Part shown: positions 8,917 through 18,931 of the stretch, piece by piece
Layout of the letters: every line of letters begins with the position of its first letter
Numbering within the stretch: the stretch's first letter is position 1
DNA from: Bacteroidota bacterium
GTDB taxonomy: Bacteria; Bacteroidota; Ignavibacteria; UBA10030; BY39
Length of the DNA: 64,000 nucleotides
NCBI GenBank assembly: GCA_030682385.1
Contig: JAUXOG010000075.1
Coordinates: 1,825 to 65,824, forward strand
Reading direction: 5' to 3'
The notes under the pieces: model-generated
What the model was told of the DNA's origin: nothing
Database searches by the model: none
The model's input: only the letters and a program-made list of their open reading frames with translations
Position numbers and translations under genes: made by a program

Positions 8917-10305
8917 ATGTCTTTAATCGTAAGCATATCAGGTGTCCGTGGAATTGTGGGCGAGAGTTTAACTCCCGATGTTGCAGTGCTTTACTCAAAA
9001 GCTTTTGCCGAATACTGTCTGCAAAGAACTCCGCAAGGGAAAAGATGCAAAATAGTTCTTGGCAGGGACGGTAGAATTACCGGCAAAATTTTAACCAATA
9101 TCATCTCATCAACTCTGCTCTCTATGGGATGCGATGTGGTTGCAATCGGTATCTGTCCCACGCCAACAGTTGCTCTCGCAGTCGAGAAATCGGATGCGAT
9201 TGGCGGTATTGCCGTTACGGCGAGCCACAATCCTATGCAGTGGAACGGGATGAAGTTTTTTAACAGCATGGGTTTGTTCTTAGATACAAATGAGACTAAA
9301 GACTTTTTAGAAGTCGTAAAAGAACAAAAATTGGGTTATGCCGGCTGGGATAAAATCGGTACACATCAATCCGACGAGGCATGGATACAAAAACATATAG
9401 ATACGGTTTTACAACTCAATTGCATTGATGTTGAAAAAATTAAATCAAGAAAATTTAAAGTAGTATTAGACTGCATTAATAGCGCAGGTGGAGTAATCGT
9501 CCCGCCGCTGCTGAAGATGCTTGGATGTGAAGTCATTGAAATGAATTGCGATGTAAGTGGTGTGTTTGCACATACGCCCGAGCCAATCCCTGAAAACCTT
9601 ACTGCTTTAGCACAAAAAGTTCGAGACGAAAAAGCCAACATTGGAATCGCCGTTGACCCGGATGTTGACCGGCTTGTTTTAATTACAGAAAAGGGTGAGC
9701 CGCTTGGAGAAGAATATACAATTGCTTCAGTTGTGAATTTTGTTTTAAGCAAAGAGCTTAGAGCAGTGAGCAGTGAGCAAAAAGTGAAGAGGGTGGTTGT
9801 GAATTTGTCGACGACGAGAGCGGTGGATGATATTGCAAGAAGTCATAACGCGGAAGTTGTTAGAACTCCTGTTGGTGAAATTAACGTTGCAATGAAAATG
9901 AAGGAAGTCGGTGCTGTTATTGGCGGAGAGGGCAGCGGTGGAGTTATCTATCCCGAAGCACATTATGGCAGAGACGCGATTGTTGGAATCGGTTTGGTAT
10001 TGCAAATGCTTGCCGAGTTTGGCGGGAGCTTGTCGGAGTACAAATCCGCATTGCCGCAGTATTATATAACTAAAAGTAAAATTGAAATCGGTAGTTTGAA
10101 TCCGGACGAATTGTTAAGCCGGATTATTCAGAAATACAGGAACGAAAAAATAAATACTGATGATGGAGTCAAGATCGATTTCGCTGAAGGGTGGGTGCAT
10201 CTGAGGAAATCTAATACAGAGCCGATTGTGAGAATAATTGGAGAAGCGAAGAGCAGGGAGGAAGCTGAAAAGCTGATAGAAAATTTTAAGAGAAAATTCT
10301 TTTAG
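8917..10305 (+). CDS. Phosphohexomutase, GlmM-like (active-site motif TASHNP)
   Basis: Segments SISGVRGIVGE, GIAVTASHNPMQWNGMKF and GGEGSGGVIYPE indicate the alpha-D-phosphohexomutase family. Confidence 0.75.
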   Translation: MSLIVSISGVRGIVGESLTPDVAVLYSKAFAEYCLQRTPQGKRCKIVLGRDGRITGKILTNIISSTLLSMGCDVVAIGICPTPTVALAVEKSDAIGGIAVTASHNPMQWNGMKFFNSMGLFLDTNETKDFLEVVKEQKLGYAGWDKIGTHQSDEAWIQKHIDTVLQLNCIDVEKIKSRKFKVVLDCINSAGGVIVPPLLKMLGCEVIEMNCDVSGVFAHTPEPIPENLTALAQKVRDEKANIGIAVDPDVDRLVLITEKGEPLGEEYTIASVVNFVLSKELRAVSSEQKVKRVVVNLSTTRAVDDIARSHNAEVVRTPVGEINVAMKMKEVGAVIGGEGSGGVIYPEAHYGRDAIVGIGLVLQMLAEFGGSLSEYKSALPQYYITKSKIEIGSLNPDELLSRIIQKYRNEKINTDDGVKIDFAEGWVHLRKSNTEPIVRIIGEAKSREEAEKLIENFKRKFF

Positions 10306-10308
10306 TAT

Positions 10309-10348
10309 CAATTAGTGCAATTCGTGGCAAATAATACTGCCACTAATA
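10309..10348. repeat. 40-nt repeat copy A (caattagtgcaattcgtggcaaataatactgccactaata). Direct repeat partner at 10764-10803.
   Basis: 36/40 identity with copy B. It contains the internal inverted motif gtggca...tgccac. Confidence 0.7.
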
Positions 10349-10365
10349 ACACGAACGCTCACGAA

Positions 10366-10740
10366 TCAGAGAACAATCCTTTTATAAGAAAGTTTTTCTT
10401 TCCCAAAATTTACTATCAGACCAAGTTTACATTTAGAAACGGCGAGATAGTTTATAGTTCGTTTTATAAATTCATCGACAATACCGTCCACGGCTTTAAC
10501 TTCTAAAATTATTTTATCGAACACCACGAAATCTGCATAATATTTATGGGGTAATATGAGATCCTTGTAAAGTATATCATATTCTTTTTCTCTTTGAAAA
10601 GGAATACTTCTCTTTCGAAATTCATATTCAATAGCGTCCTTATAAACAATCTCGAGGAAGCCTCCTCCCAATAAGTTGTGAACATCCATACAAACTCCAA
10701 TTATTTGAAACGCATCATCTTTATATATTAAATCAACCAT
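10366..10740 (-). CDS. GxxExxY-family protein (PD-(D/E)XK-like)
   Basis: Segments GGGFLEIVYKDAIEYEF (the GxxExxY motif) and ...ADFVVFDKIILEVKAV... (D..E.K). The start is taken at MVDLIYKDD. Confidence 0.7.
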   Translation of the reverse strand: MVDLIYKDDAFQIIGVCMDVHNLLGGGFLEIVYKDAIEYEFRKRSIPFQREKEYDILYKDLILPHKYYADFVVFDKIILEVKAVDGIVDEFIKRTINYLAVSKCKLGLIVNFGKEKLSYKRIVL

Positions 10741-10763
10741 TTTATACACTCCTTCCTTAGTGC

Positions 10764-10803
10764 CAATTAGTGTAATTCGTGGCAAATATTTCTGCCACGA
10801 ATA
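10764..10803. repeat. 40-nt repeat copy B. Part of an element with short inverted termini gccaatt...aattggc (10762-10817).
   Basis: Sequence comparison with 10309-10348. Terminal inverted repeats were read directly from the sequence. Confidence 0.7.
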
Positions 10804-10889
10804 TCCACGAATTGGCTCTACAAATATAGATAAATGTTTGTTAAAATCCCATATTTATTCTATATTTAATCCAAAATAAGAGTATTAGA

Positions 10890-11162
10890 ATGGTTTTATC
10901 AAAAGTAATTGGCACAATAGTTTCGACGCAGAAGAACGAACATCTTCAATCGCACAAAATTTTAATCACACAACCAATTGACCTTGAAGGCAAATTAATC
11001 GGCAGGGATGTGCTTGCAATCGATACAGTAGATGCCGGAGTTGGCGACACTGTTTTAGTTAACGTTGAAGGAAGTTCGGCACGGCAAATTTTAAAAGACG
11101 AAAAAATTCCGGTTCATTCAGTTATAGTCGCAGTTGTGGATGGACTTGATGTAGTTGAGTAG
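10890..11162 (+). CDS. EutN/CcmL/PduN-family (bacterial microcompartment vertex) protein. No other shell genes in the window.
   Basis: Segments MVLSKVIGTIVSTQK...VLAIDTVDAGVGDTVLVNVEGSSARQIL...VVDGLDV are characteristic of PF03319. Confidence 0.65.
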   Translation: MVLSKVIGTIVSTQKNEHLQSHKILITQPIDLEGKLIGRDVLAIDTVDAGVGDTVLVNVEGSSARQILKDEKIPVHSVIVAVVDGLDVVE

Positions 11163-12297
11163 CGGAGTAATGGCTACAGTTAATATTAAAGACTTATTAA
11201 TTCTTTCGTGCATTCCGGGAATCGGGCACAATCGCTTACGATCGTTGGTTACTCATTTCAAAAATTCAACAGATGCTTTAAATAGTTCTGCGAGGGAGAT
11301 AATTAATATTGAGGGATTTAATAAAAAATTAGCTGTAACAGTTTCGGCATTTAAAAAAAGTGGAAATTATCATAAAGCCGAACAATACGCAGTTCACCAA
11401 CTTTCAAAAATGAATAAATCGGAAGGTGGTATAATTACATTTTGGGACGATGAATATCCTGATTTGCTGAAAAAGATTTACGACCCGCCATGTTATCTCT
11501 TCATCAAAGGAAATTTTAAGAAGGAGGATAAATATTCAATCGCAATTGTAGGAACCCGGAATCCCTCAACTTACGGAGTTACGATGGCTGAAAAGTTTAC
11601 GCAGGAACTTGCTCGATTAGGAATAACCATCGTCAGTGGTTTAGCCCGCGGTGTTGATTCAGTTGCTCATAGTTCGGCATTGAAAGTCGGAGGGAGAACA
11701 ATCGGAGTGTTAGGTTCGGGAATTGATGTTATATATCCACCTGAAAACAAAAATCTATATTCGCGTATCGCTCAAAACGGTGGAGTGATTTCCGAGTATG
11801 CTATGGGAACAAAACCCGATGCCGGAAATTTTCCAAGAAGAAACCGGATTGTAAGCGGAATGACACTCGGAACTATCATCATCGAAACTGGAATTGACGG
11901 CGGAGCAATGATTACCGCTAATACGGCGCTCGACCAAAACCGTGATGTGTTTGCAATTCCCGGCTTGATTACTGAAGTCAGAGCTTTGGGCTGCAATACT
12001 TTAATCAGAGATGGCAGGGCAAAGTTAATTACAACAGTCGATGATGTTTTATCAGAGTTAAGCGCAAAACTAAAACCGCTTTTACGCGAGGTAACAAAAC
12101 ACGAAAAGAAAATAGATGTTAGTCTTTCATTATTTGAAAAGAAAATTTACGACACTTTAGACGATGAACCAATCCACATAGATTTGCTTGCCGAGAAATC
12201 GGGGATGCCTACCTCGGATGCCCTGGTAAATCTGTTAAGCCTTGAATTTAAAGGACTTGTAAGGCAACTGCCGGGGAAAATGTTTGTGAGATTGTAG
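11155..12297 (+). CDS. dprA: DNA-processing protein DprA/Smf. ATG at 11170 is the likely start.
   Basis: Segment IAIVGTRNPSTYGVTMAEKFTQELARLGITIVSGLARGVDSVAHSSAL...GVLGSGIDVIYPPEN. Confidence 0.85.
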   Translation: MSSGVMATVNIKDLLILSCIPGIGHNRLRSLVTHFKNSTDALNSSAREIINIEGFNKKLAVTVSAFKKSGNYHKAEQYAVHQLSKMNKSEGGIITFWDDEYPDLLKKIYDPPCYLFIKGNFKKEDKYSIAIVGTRNPSTYGVTMAEKFTQELARLGITIVSGLARGVDSVAHSSALKVGGRTIGVLGSGIDVIYPPENKNLYSRIAQNGGVISEYAMGTKPDAGNFPRRNRIVSGMTLGTIIIETGIDGGAMITANTALDQNRDVFAIPGLITEVRALGCNTLIRDGRAKLITTVDDVLSELSAKLKPLLREVTKHEKKIDVSLSLFEKKIYDTLDDEPIHIDLLAEKSGMPTSDALVNLLSLEFKGLVRQLPGKMFVRL

Positions 12298-12373
12298 TTG
12301 CTTATACAATCATCCATCAAACCGCTCTTCTGATATTCCATTCATTTTTAATTTTCCATTTTCCACAAAAAAG

Positions 12374-12976
12374 GTGTATATTATTTGTGCAATGTTTGCA
12401 ATAGAAAACAAAATAATAGATGAACGCATACCGTATATAAAATTTTTGTGCGATTTGGAAGTTTGTAAAGGCGGTTGCTGCACGTTGAAGGGGGGCAAAG
12501 GCGCCCCGCTGACAGATTCTGAAATTATTGAGATTGAAAATGCTATTCCTGTTGTTAAAAAATATTTAGAGGCGAAAAGTTTACAAGAGATCGAAAATAA
12601 CAACGGCATTGAAGGATTACCCGGCAATTTTACAACAGGTTGTATCGATAACAAAGATTGTGTTTTTGTATATTATGATGGCGATATAGCCAAATGTGCA
12701 TTCGAAAAAGCATACTTCAACAACGAAATCAATTGGCGGAAACCTATATCGTGTCACTTGTTTCCGATTCGTATTTCGGATTTCGGTGGCGAAGTAGTTC
12801 GATTCGAAAAAATTTCCGAATGTAAGCCGGCAATCGTTAATGGAAAGAAAAACGACATGCCGCTGTACAATTTTTTAAGCGAAGCTTTGATACGAAAATA
12901 CAGTGCACGATGGTACAAATTGTTTCGAGAAAATTGTGAGTTACATCTAAAATTAGAAAGTGAGATTCAAACATAA
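12374..12976 (+). CDS. Cys-rich hypothetical protein (DUF3109-like)
   Basis: Segments CDLEVCKGGCCTLKGG and ...CIDNKDCVF...CHLFPIR are conserved Cys patterns. The call is tentative. Confidence 0.4.
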   Translation: MYIICAMFAIENKIIDERIPYIKFLCDLEVCKGGCCTLKGGKGAPLTDSEIIEIENAIPVVKKYLEAKSLQEIENNNGIEGLPGNFTTGCIDNKDCVFVYYDGDIAKCAFEKAYFNNEINWRKPISCHLFPIRISDFGGEVVRFEKISECKPAIVNGKKNDMPLYNFLSEALIRKYSARWYKLFRENCELHLKLESEIQT

Positions 12977-14434
12977 ATGTTAAAGTTAAGTCAACATCAG
13001 AAATTAATGATGAAGCTGACACCCCAGCAGGTGCAGTATCTAAAGTTACTTCAGCTTCCATTGCTTTCTTTGGAACAGCGGATAAAAGCGGAGTTAGAAC
13101 AGAATCCATTGTTGGAAGAAGGCGCTGACGATGAGATGGAAAATCTGCAAGAAGAGCCAACCGAAGAACCACCATTAGAAGCATCCGAAGAAGTAGAAGG
13201 AGTTATCCGAACCGAGCCGGAGGAAGACAAGTACACTTTCGAAGACTTTATGAACGATGAACTTAATGGTTACAAAACATATTACGAACCTGCACCGGAC
13301 GAGGATACTAAAGATGAGATGCCGATGCCCGCCGATGTTGCACTTACACAAAAATTGCTTGATCAAATACGGTTGTTAGATTTTACAGATGAAGAAATTT
13401 TAATAGCTGAAGAAATCATCGGTAACATAGATGAAGACGGTTACCTAAGGCGTCCGCTGGAAAATATAATCGAAGATTTGAATTTGAGCAGGGATTTGAA
13501 CATTACAAAAGAACAAGCTGAAAAGGTTTTATTCCAGGTTCAAAGGATCGATCCACCCGGAATTGCCGCCAGAAATTTACAGGAATGTTTGATAGCACAA
13601 CTTGAGGTAAGTGAATTCGATGCTAAGCTGAAAGCATTAGCCGAAAAAATTCTTCGAGAGCATTTCGAACACTTTACTATGAAACATTTCGAAGAATTAT
13701 CGAGGTTATTGGAAATCAATATTGACAAGTTGAAGCAAGTTCTCGAGCTTATTCAAAAACTAAATCCGAAACCGGGCGAGGGATACATTACGCAGCAACA
13801 AAATTATATCGTTCCCGATTTTATTATTGAGCACGACAACGATGATATTATAATAAATTTAAATGATAGGAACGTTCCACCGCTTCGTGTGAATAAAGCT
13901 TATAAGGAAATGATGTCGCGGCGGAAAAAGAATTCGGTTAACGTCGAAACGAAAGATTTTATCCGTAAACGTTTCGAGGCGGCAAAATGGTTTATTGCTT
14001 CAATACACCAACGGCGGGATACGATGATGAAAGTAATGCACGCAATAGTTGATCGTCAGCGGGCATTTTTCGACACCGGTGAAAATTTGAAACCGATGAT
14101 CTATAAAGATATTGCCCAGATGATCGGAATGGATATTTCTACTATCAGCCGCGTTGTGAACAATAAATATGTGCAGAATGAATACGGAGTTTATGAGTTA
14201 CGTTATTTCTTCAGCGACAAGATTTCCACTGCGAGTGGTGAAGATATGGCAAACAAGGAAGTTAAAAAGAAGATAAAGATACTTATCGAATCTGAGTCGC
14301 CCGATAAACCATACAGCGATGATGAAATATCAAAAATTTTGAAAGAAGATGGAATGTTTGTAGCCCGTCGTACTGTTGCCAAATACCGTGAACAGTTGAG
14401 AATACCAATAGCGAGGATGAGACGGAAGATATAA
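12977..14434 (+). CDS. rpoN: RNA polymerase sigma-54 factor
   Basis: N-terminal MLKLSQHQKLMMKLTPQQVQYLKLLQLP, acidic region, and C-terminal RpoN box ARRTVAKYREQLRIP. Confidence 0.9.
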   Translation: MLKLSQHQKLMMKLTPQQVQYLKLLQLPLLSLEQRIKAELEQNPLLEEGADDEMENLQEEPTEEPPLEASEEVEGVIRTEPEEDKYTFEDFMNDELNGYKTYYEPAPDEDTKDEMPMPADVALTQKLLDQIRLLDFTDEEILIAEEIIGNIDEDGYLRRPLENIIEDLNLSRDLNITKEQAEKVLFQVQRIDPPGIAARNLQECLIAQLEVSEFDAKLKALAEKILREHFEHFTMKHFEELSRLLEINIDKLKQVLELIQKLNPKPGEGYITQQQNYIVPDFIIEHDNDDIIINLNDRNVPPLRVNKAYKEMMSRRKKNSVNVETKDFIRKRFEAAKWFIASIHQRRDTMMKVMHAIVDRQRAFFDTGENLKPMIYKDIAQMIGMDISTISRVVNNKYVQNEYGVYELRYFFSDKISTASGEDMANKEVKKKIKILIESESPDKPYSDDEISKILKEDGMFVARRTVAKYREQLRIPIARMRRKI

Positions 14435-14457
14435 TTTTAGATTTTAGAATTGGAAAA

Positions 14458-16578
14458 TCAGCGAATCAATATCATTTTCTTGACCTCTACAAACGAGTCG
14501 GTTTGTAACTTGTAAAAGTAAATTCCACTAGACAAACCGGCGGCATTCCATATAATTTCATAACTACCCATTTTCTTGAATTCATTATCTAGTGTTGCTA
14601 CTTCTTGGCCCAAAATATTGAACACTTTCAATGTCACGTAATTATCAATTGGCAATTGATAATTGATAATTGTCAACGGGTTGAATGGGTTAGGATAATT
14701 TTGATATAATGAAAAATCTGTTGGGTAATGATTGTTGTTCGGGTTTTTAACCGATAATCCGCTCGTGGTGGTGCGTAGTATTGTTCCATCCTTCCCAACA
14801 ATAGTGCCGGTATTCACATCTGTAAAAGAAATTCCAAGAAGTGGATTGTTTACACCGCTAGTTTGTTTTTGCCACGATTGACCGCCGTCAGTAGTTCGTA
14901 AAATTAATCCTTGACTGCCAGTTATAAAGCCTATTAACTCATTAAGATATTGTACAGCAAACAAATCTTCGGTCACAATGCTGGTTTCTGCATACCATAA
15001 ATCGCCTCTGTTTGTTGTTCGTAATATTATTCCTCCGTTACCGACAATTGTTCCAATAATGTTATTTGCAAATGCAATGCTATTTAAATCGTTTGGTGTA
15101 TTACTTTGTTTATTTACCCATTCAATTCCTTTATCTGTTGTGTGAAGAATTATCCCATTTTTTCCCACAGAAAAGCCAATGTTTGATTTTGTGAAAGCAA
15201 TATCATTAAGGTCGAATGTTATATTGCTTTCTTGAGCCGACCAAGTAATACCTTTGTCAGTTGTAGACTTTATTGTTCCGCTTGATCCGACAACGTATCC
15301 GGTATCTTCATTTATAAAGTAAAGCCCGTAATATGTTCTTGCCGTGCCGCTAATTGAGTCGCTGCTTTGAATTGTCCACGACATACCTGAATCTGTTGTC
15401 CGTAGTATTGTCTGGCAATCGCCAACAATTATCCCATAGTTATTTATAAAAAATATTCCATAAAGGTGTCTCCCTATCCAGTTTCGTATCCGCTTCCAGT
15501 TTGAGCCGCCATCTGTAGTGTGAACAATCATTCCATACTCACCTACAGCTATCCCAGTGGCCTGATTGAAAAAGTAAACATCGTAAAGGTTGTTCATGAT
15601 CTGAACGCTTGGATTTGTCCAGTTGATTCCTCCATCTGTCGTATGAACAATTAGTCCGTTTGTACCGACAGCCAGACCATTAGATTTATCTAAAAACTGA
15701 ACTCCATAAAGGTTATAATCTTGATTTATTGAATGATCGCTCCAGTTTAGCCCGCCATCGGTGGTTTGTATTATTGTTCCGTAATTTCCTACTGCAACTG
15801 CAGTTAGCGAGTCAATACTAAATACGTCATTTAGTACGTATGGCGTACCGCAATATTGTGCTGTCCACGTACTACCGCCATCGGTAGTGCGATAAGCGAT
15901 ATTTCCACCAACAGCAAAACCTTTTAGTGAATCTATAAAAGATAAATGATTTAATATAACTGTCGAATCGAAATTAATATTATACCAGTTATTACCCGCG
16001 TCTGTGGATTTCAAAATAAATCCTTCGGGTCCGGCGATGATAACATTATTCTTATTTAAAAATAGAACATCGGTTAAAGAGAAATGGGGTTGTACAATAG
16101 TTTGTGTAGTCCATATTTGCCCGCCATTTGTTGTTCGAAGGATCGTCCCATCCTCTCCGACCACAATACCTGTATCAATACTATTAAAATGAACTCCCAA
16201 TAAATTGCTTGATGTACCACTCAATTGAAATACCCATGTGTAACCGCCGTCGGATGTTTTAATAATTGTCCCATTGTTGCCGACTCCAATTATGTTTAAA
16301 GAGTCAAGAAAAATTATATCATTTAACGTGTGTGAAGTAATACTCGTTAGTGTAGTCCAAGTAACACCACGGTCAAGGGTTCTCAAAATAGTACCACTTT
16401 CTCCAATTGCAAACCCATAATTTGAATGATAAAATGTTAATTCTCGTAATGTATTGTTTTGAAGAGGAGGGGTTTGACTGTACCATCCGGTCTGTGCTGA
16501 ATTATTTATAGAATAAAAGACAATTAAAAATAAAAATACTAAATATTTATTAAGGATTTTAAGCATGTCATTCTCCAT
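14458..16578 (-). CDS. Secreted BNR/Asp-box repeat protein with T9SS C-terminal sorting domain
   Basis: Signal peptide. About 15 repeats of S/T-x-D-G-G-x-T/N-W. The C-terminus NPFNP...GIYFYKLQTDSFVEVKKMILIR matches Por_Secre_tail. Confidence 0.75.
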   Translation of the reverse strand: MENDMLKILNKYLVFLFLIVFYSINNSAQTGWYSQTPPLQNNTLRELTFYHSNYGFAIGESGTILRTLDRGVTWTTLTSITSHTLNDIIFLDSLNIIGVGNNGTIIKTSDGGYTWVFQLSGTSSNLLGVHFNSIDTGIVVGEDGTILRTTNGGQIWTTQTIVQPHFSLTDVLFLNKNNVIIAGPEGFILKSTDAGNNWYNINFDSTVILNHLSFIDSLKGFAVGGNIAYRTTDGGSTWTAQYCGTPYVLNDVFSIDSLTAVAVGNYGTIIQTTDGGLNWSDHSINQDYNLYGVQFLDKSNGLAVGTNGLIVHTTDGGINWTNPSVQIMNNLYDVYFFNQATGIAVGEYGMIVHTTDGGSNWKRIRNWIGRHLYGIFFINNYGIIVGDCQTILRTTDSGMSWTIQSSDSISGTARTYYGLYFINEDTGYVVGSSGTIKSTTDKGITWSAQESNITFDLNDIAFTKSNIGFSVGKNGIILHTTDKGIEWVNKQSNTPNDLNSIAFANNIIGTIVGNGGIILRTTNRGDLWYAETSIVTEDLFAVQYLNELIGFITGSQGLILRTTDGGQSWQKQTSGVNNPLLGISFTDVNTGTIVGKDGTILRTTTSGLSVKNPNNNHYPTDFSLYQNYPNPFNPLTIINYQLPIDNYVTLKVFNILGQEVATLDNEFKKMGSYEIIWNAAGLSSGIYFYKLQTDSFVEVKKMILIR

Positions 16579-16796
16579 TAATATAAAAGAAATTGTTCTT
16601 TTGTTGCTTCTATCAGTACAGCTACCAACCTAGGATAATCAACTGATTTGGCATCAACACCATTTTCTTCATAATTAACAACTTCAGATATTGCTTTACC
16701 TACATCTTCGGTAGAATCCTTATTCCAAAAATGGTTATCATCACCGTCTTGGGTAGTAGACCCAGTCCAAAAAGTTATCTGTCCATTTGTAGGCAT
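16578..16796 (-). CDS. Small hypothetical ORF (72 aa) overlapping the start of the BNR gene by 1 nt
   Basis: From the ORF track only. No recognisable motifs. Confidence 0.2.
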   Translation of the reverse strand: MPTNGQITFWTGSTTQDGDDNHFWNKDSTEDVGKAISEVVNYEENGVDAKSVDYPRLVAVLIEATKEQFLLY

Positions 16797-16930
16797 GTTT
16801 TTATTCCTTCTATCTTAATCAAAGATAAGATTGACTTTGCTGAAAATCAATGTTTTTAAACAAAAAATGAATTTTTCTATTTCCCAAAAATACTGTATCT
16901 TATGTGTGTTAAATATTAAAAGAAAACCTT

Positions 16931-17467
16931 ATGTCAAATATTATTAGATCAACAACAGTAATCGGACTGACTCATAAAGGCAAATGCGTAATGGGCAGCG
17001 ACGGACAGGTAACTGTCGGTAACGCTATCATGAAACACGGCGCTAAGAAAGTCCGCAAGCTTTACAACGACACTGTACTTGCTGGTTTTGCCGGCGCCGC
17101 CGCCGATGCTTTTACTCTCTTCGAACGTTTCGAAGACAAGCTTCAGGAATATCGAGGTAACTTATTACGTGCCGCAGTCGAGCTTACAAAAATGTGGCGC
17201 ACCGATAAATACCTCCGTCACCTCGAAGCACTGCTTACTGTTCTTAATAAAGAGCAAGCGTTAATAATATCAGGGACAGGCGAAATAATAGAACCCGACG
17301 ACGGGATAATTGCAATCGGATCGGGTGGAAGTTACGCGCTTGCTGCCGCTCGTATGCTCGTAAAATACTCCGATCTATCTACGCGTGAAATCGTAGAAGA
17401 ATCCTTAAAAGCTGCGGGCGATATCTGCATCTATACAAATCATAATATTACAATTGAAGAATTATAA
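16931..17467 (+). CDS. hslV: ATP-dependent protease subunit HslV
   Basis: Segment [24 protein letters not shown]...[19 protein letters not shown]. Confidence 0.9.
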   Translation: MSNIIRSTTVIGLTHKGKCVMGSDGQVTVGNAIMKHGAKKVRKLYNDTVLAGFAGAAADAFTLFERFEDKLQEYRGNLLRAAVELTKMWRTDKYLRHLEALLTVLNKEQALIISGTGEIIEPDDGIIAIGSGGSYALAAARMLVKYSDLSTREIVEESLKAAGDICIYTNHNITIEEL

Positions 17468-18849
17468 TGAATAAAAAATCGAAGAAACAAAATCACCGCG
17501 AATTAACTCCACGCGAAATTGTAAAAGAGTTGGATAAATATATCATCGGTCAGGATGCTGCGAAAAAATCTGTAGCTATTGCAATCCGCAACCGGTGGCG
17601 TCGGCTTCAAGCTCCCGAAAACCTTCGTGAAGAAATTATGCCCAACAATATCATTCTGATCGGACCTACGGGTGTGGGTAAAACAGAGATTGCCCGGCGA
17701 CTTGCAAAGCTTGTCGATGCGCCATTCCTGAAAGTTGAAGCTTCCAAATACACAGAGGTCGGTTACGTTGGTAGAGATGTCGAATCGATGGTGCGGGATC
17801 TAACTGAATATTCGGTAAGCATGGTCAAAGCCCAGAAGGCAGCTGAGGTACAGGACAAAGCACGCAAGAACGCGGAGGAGAGGATACTTGATATATTGAT
17901 TCCACTTCGACGGAAGACGACTGGTGAAGCTGCACTAGAAAAACCTGAAGATGCCGAAAATATTTCATTCACCAGAGAACGTTTCAGAGAAAAATTAGCT
18001 AAAGGCGAACTCGATGAAAGGGTCATTGAATTGGATGTAACGACTGATCAAATTCCTGCTATGCAGGTTTTTGGTCCTGTTAATTTGGAAGAGATGGGGG
18101 TTAATATACAGGAAATGTTCGGCAGTATTTTACCGAAAAAAATGAAGAAGCGCAAGTTGACAATTGCCGAAGCAAAGGTAGTTATTGCCCACGAGGAAGC
18201 CCAGAAGTTGATAGATATGGATGCTGTAATTAAAGAAGCGCTGTTACGGGTTCACGACTCAGGAATAATTTTCCTTGATGAAATTGATAAAATTGCCGGC
18301 TCAAGAAGTCAGTCGCACGGGCCCGACGTATCACGTGAAGGTGTTCAGCGCGATTTGCTTCCGATAGTTGAAGGGTCGAACGTGATGACAAAATATGGGA
18401 TGGTGAAAACCGACCACGTTTTGTTTATTGCCTCCGGAGCTTTTCATATGACAAAACCTTCCGATTTAATTCCTGAACTGCAAGGAAGATTTCCAATCAG
18501 AGTTGAGCTAAACAGTTTAACGGAAGACGACTTTGTAAAAATTCTGACGATACCGCAGAATGCACTCATCAAGCAATATATCGCAATGCTGCAAACGGAA
18601 GGTATTGATCTGCAGTTTTCGGATGATAGTATAAAGGAGGTCGCAAAAATAGCGAGGGAAGTTAACGAGCAGGTAGAAAACATCGGCGCGCGGCGTTTGC
18701 ATACAATTTTGACGACTTTGTTAGAGGAGTTGCTCTATAATGCACCCGATAATCTGAGTGAGAATAAAATTGTCGTTACAAAAGAAATGGTTCAGGACAA
18801 ACTTGCAAGTATCGTGAAGAATAGAGATTTGAGCAGATATATCTTGTAA
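17467..18849 (+). CDS. hslU: ATP-dependent protease ATPase subunit HslU
   Basis: Walker [17 protein letters not shown], second-region DEIDKI and sensor motifs. The start overlaps the hslV stop. Confidence 0.9.
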   Translation: MNKKSKKQNHRELTPREIVKELDKYIIGQDAAKKSVAIAIRNRWRRLQAPENLREEIMPNNIILIGPTGVGKTEIARRLAKLVDAPFLKVEASKYTEVGYVGRDVESMVRDLTEYSVSMVKAQKAAEVQDKARKNAEERILDILIPLRRKTTGEAALEKPEDAENISFTRERFREKLAKGELDERVIELDVTTDQIPAMQVFGPVNLEEMGVNIQEMFGSILPKKMKKRKLTIAEAKVVIAHEEAQKLIDMDAVIKEALLRVHDSGIIFLDEIDKIAGSRSQSHGPDVSREGVQRDLLPIVEGSNVMTKYGMVKTDHVLFIASGAFHMTKPSDLIPELQGRFPIRVELNSLTEDDFVKILTIPQNALIKQYIAMLQTEGIDLQFSDDSIKEVAKIAREVNEQVENIGARRLHTILTTLLEELLYNAPDNLSENKIVVTKEMVQDKLASIVKNRDLSRYIL

Positions 18850-18931
18850 AATTAAAAATCAAACTCATTAATGAAAGCAATCCAAATTTCTTTATGCATA
18901 TATTGATAAGCTGTGAGAATACAGTATAACA

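Noticed and set aside
9366-10005. Minus-strand ORFs inside the glmM-like gene
   Set aside because: Antisense artefacts with no motifs.
16578-16796. 72-aa ORF as a regulatory leader for the BNR gene
   Set aside because: There is no supporting motif. It is kept only as a low-confidence CDS.
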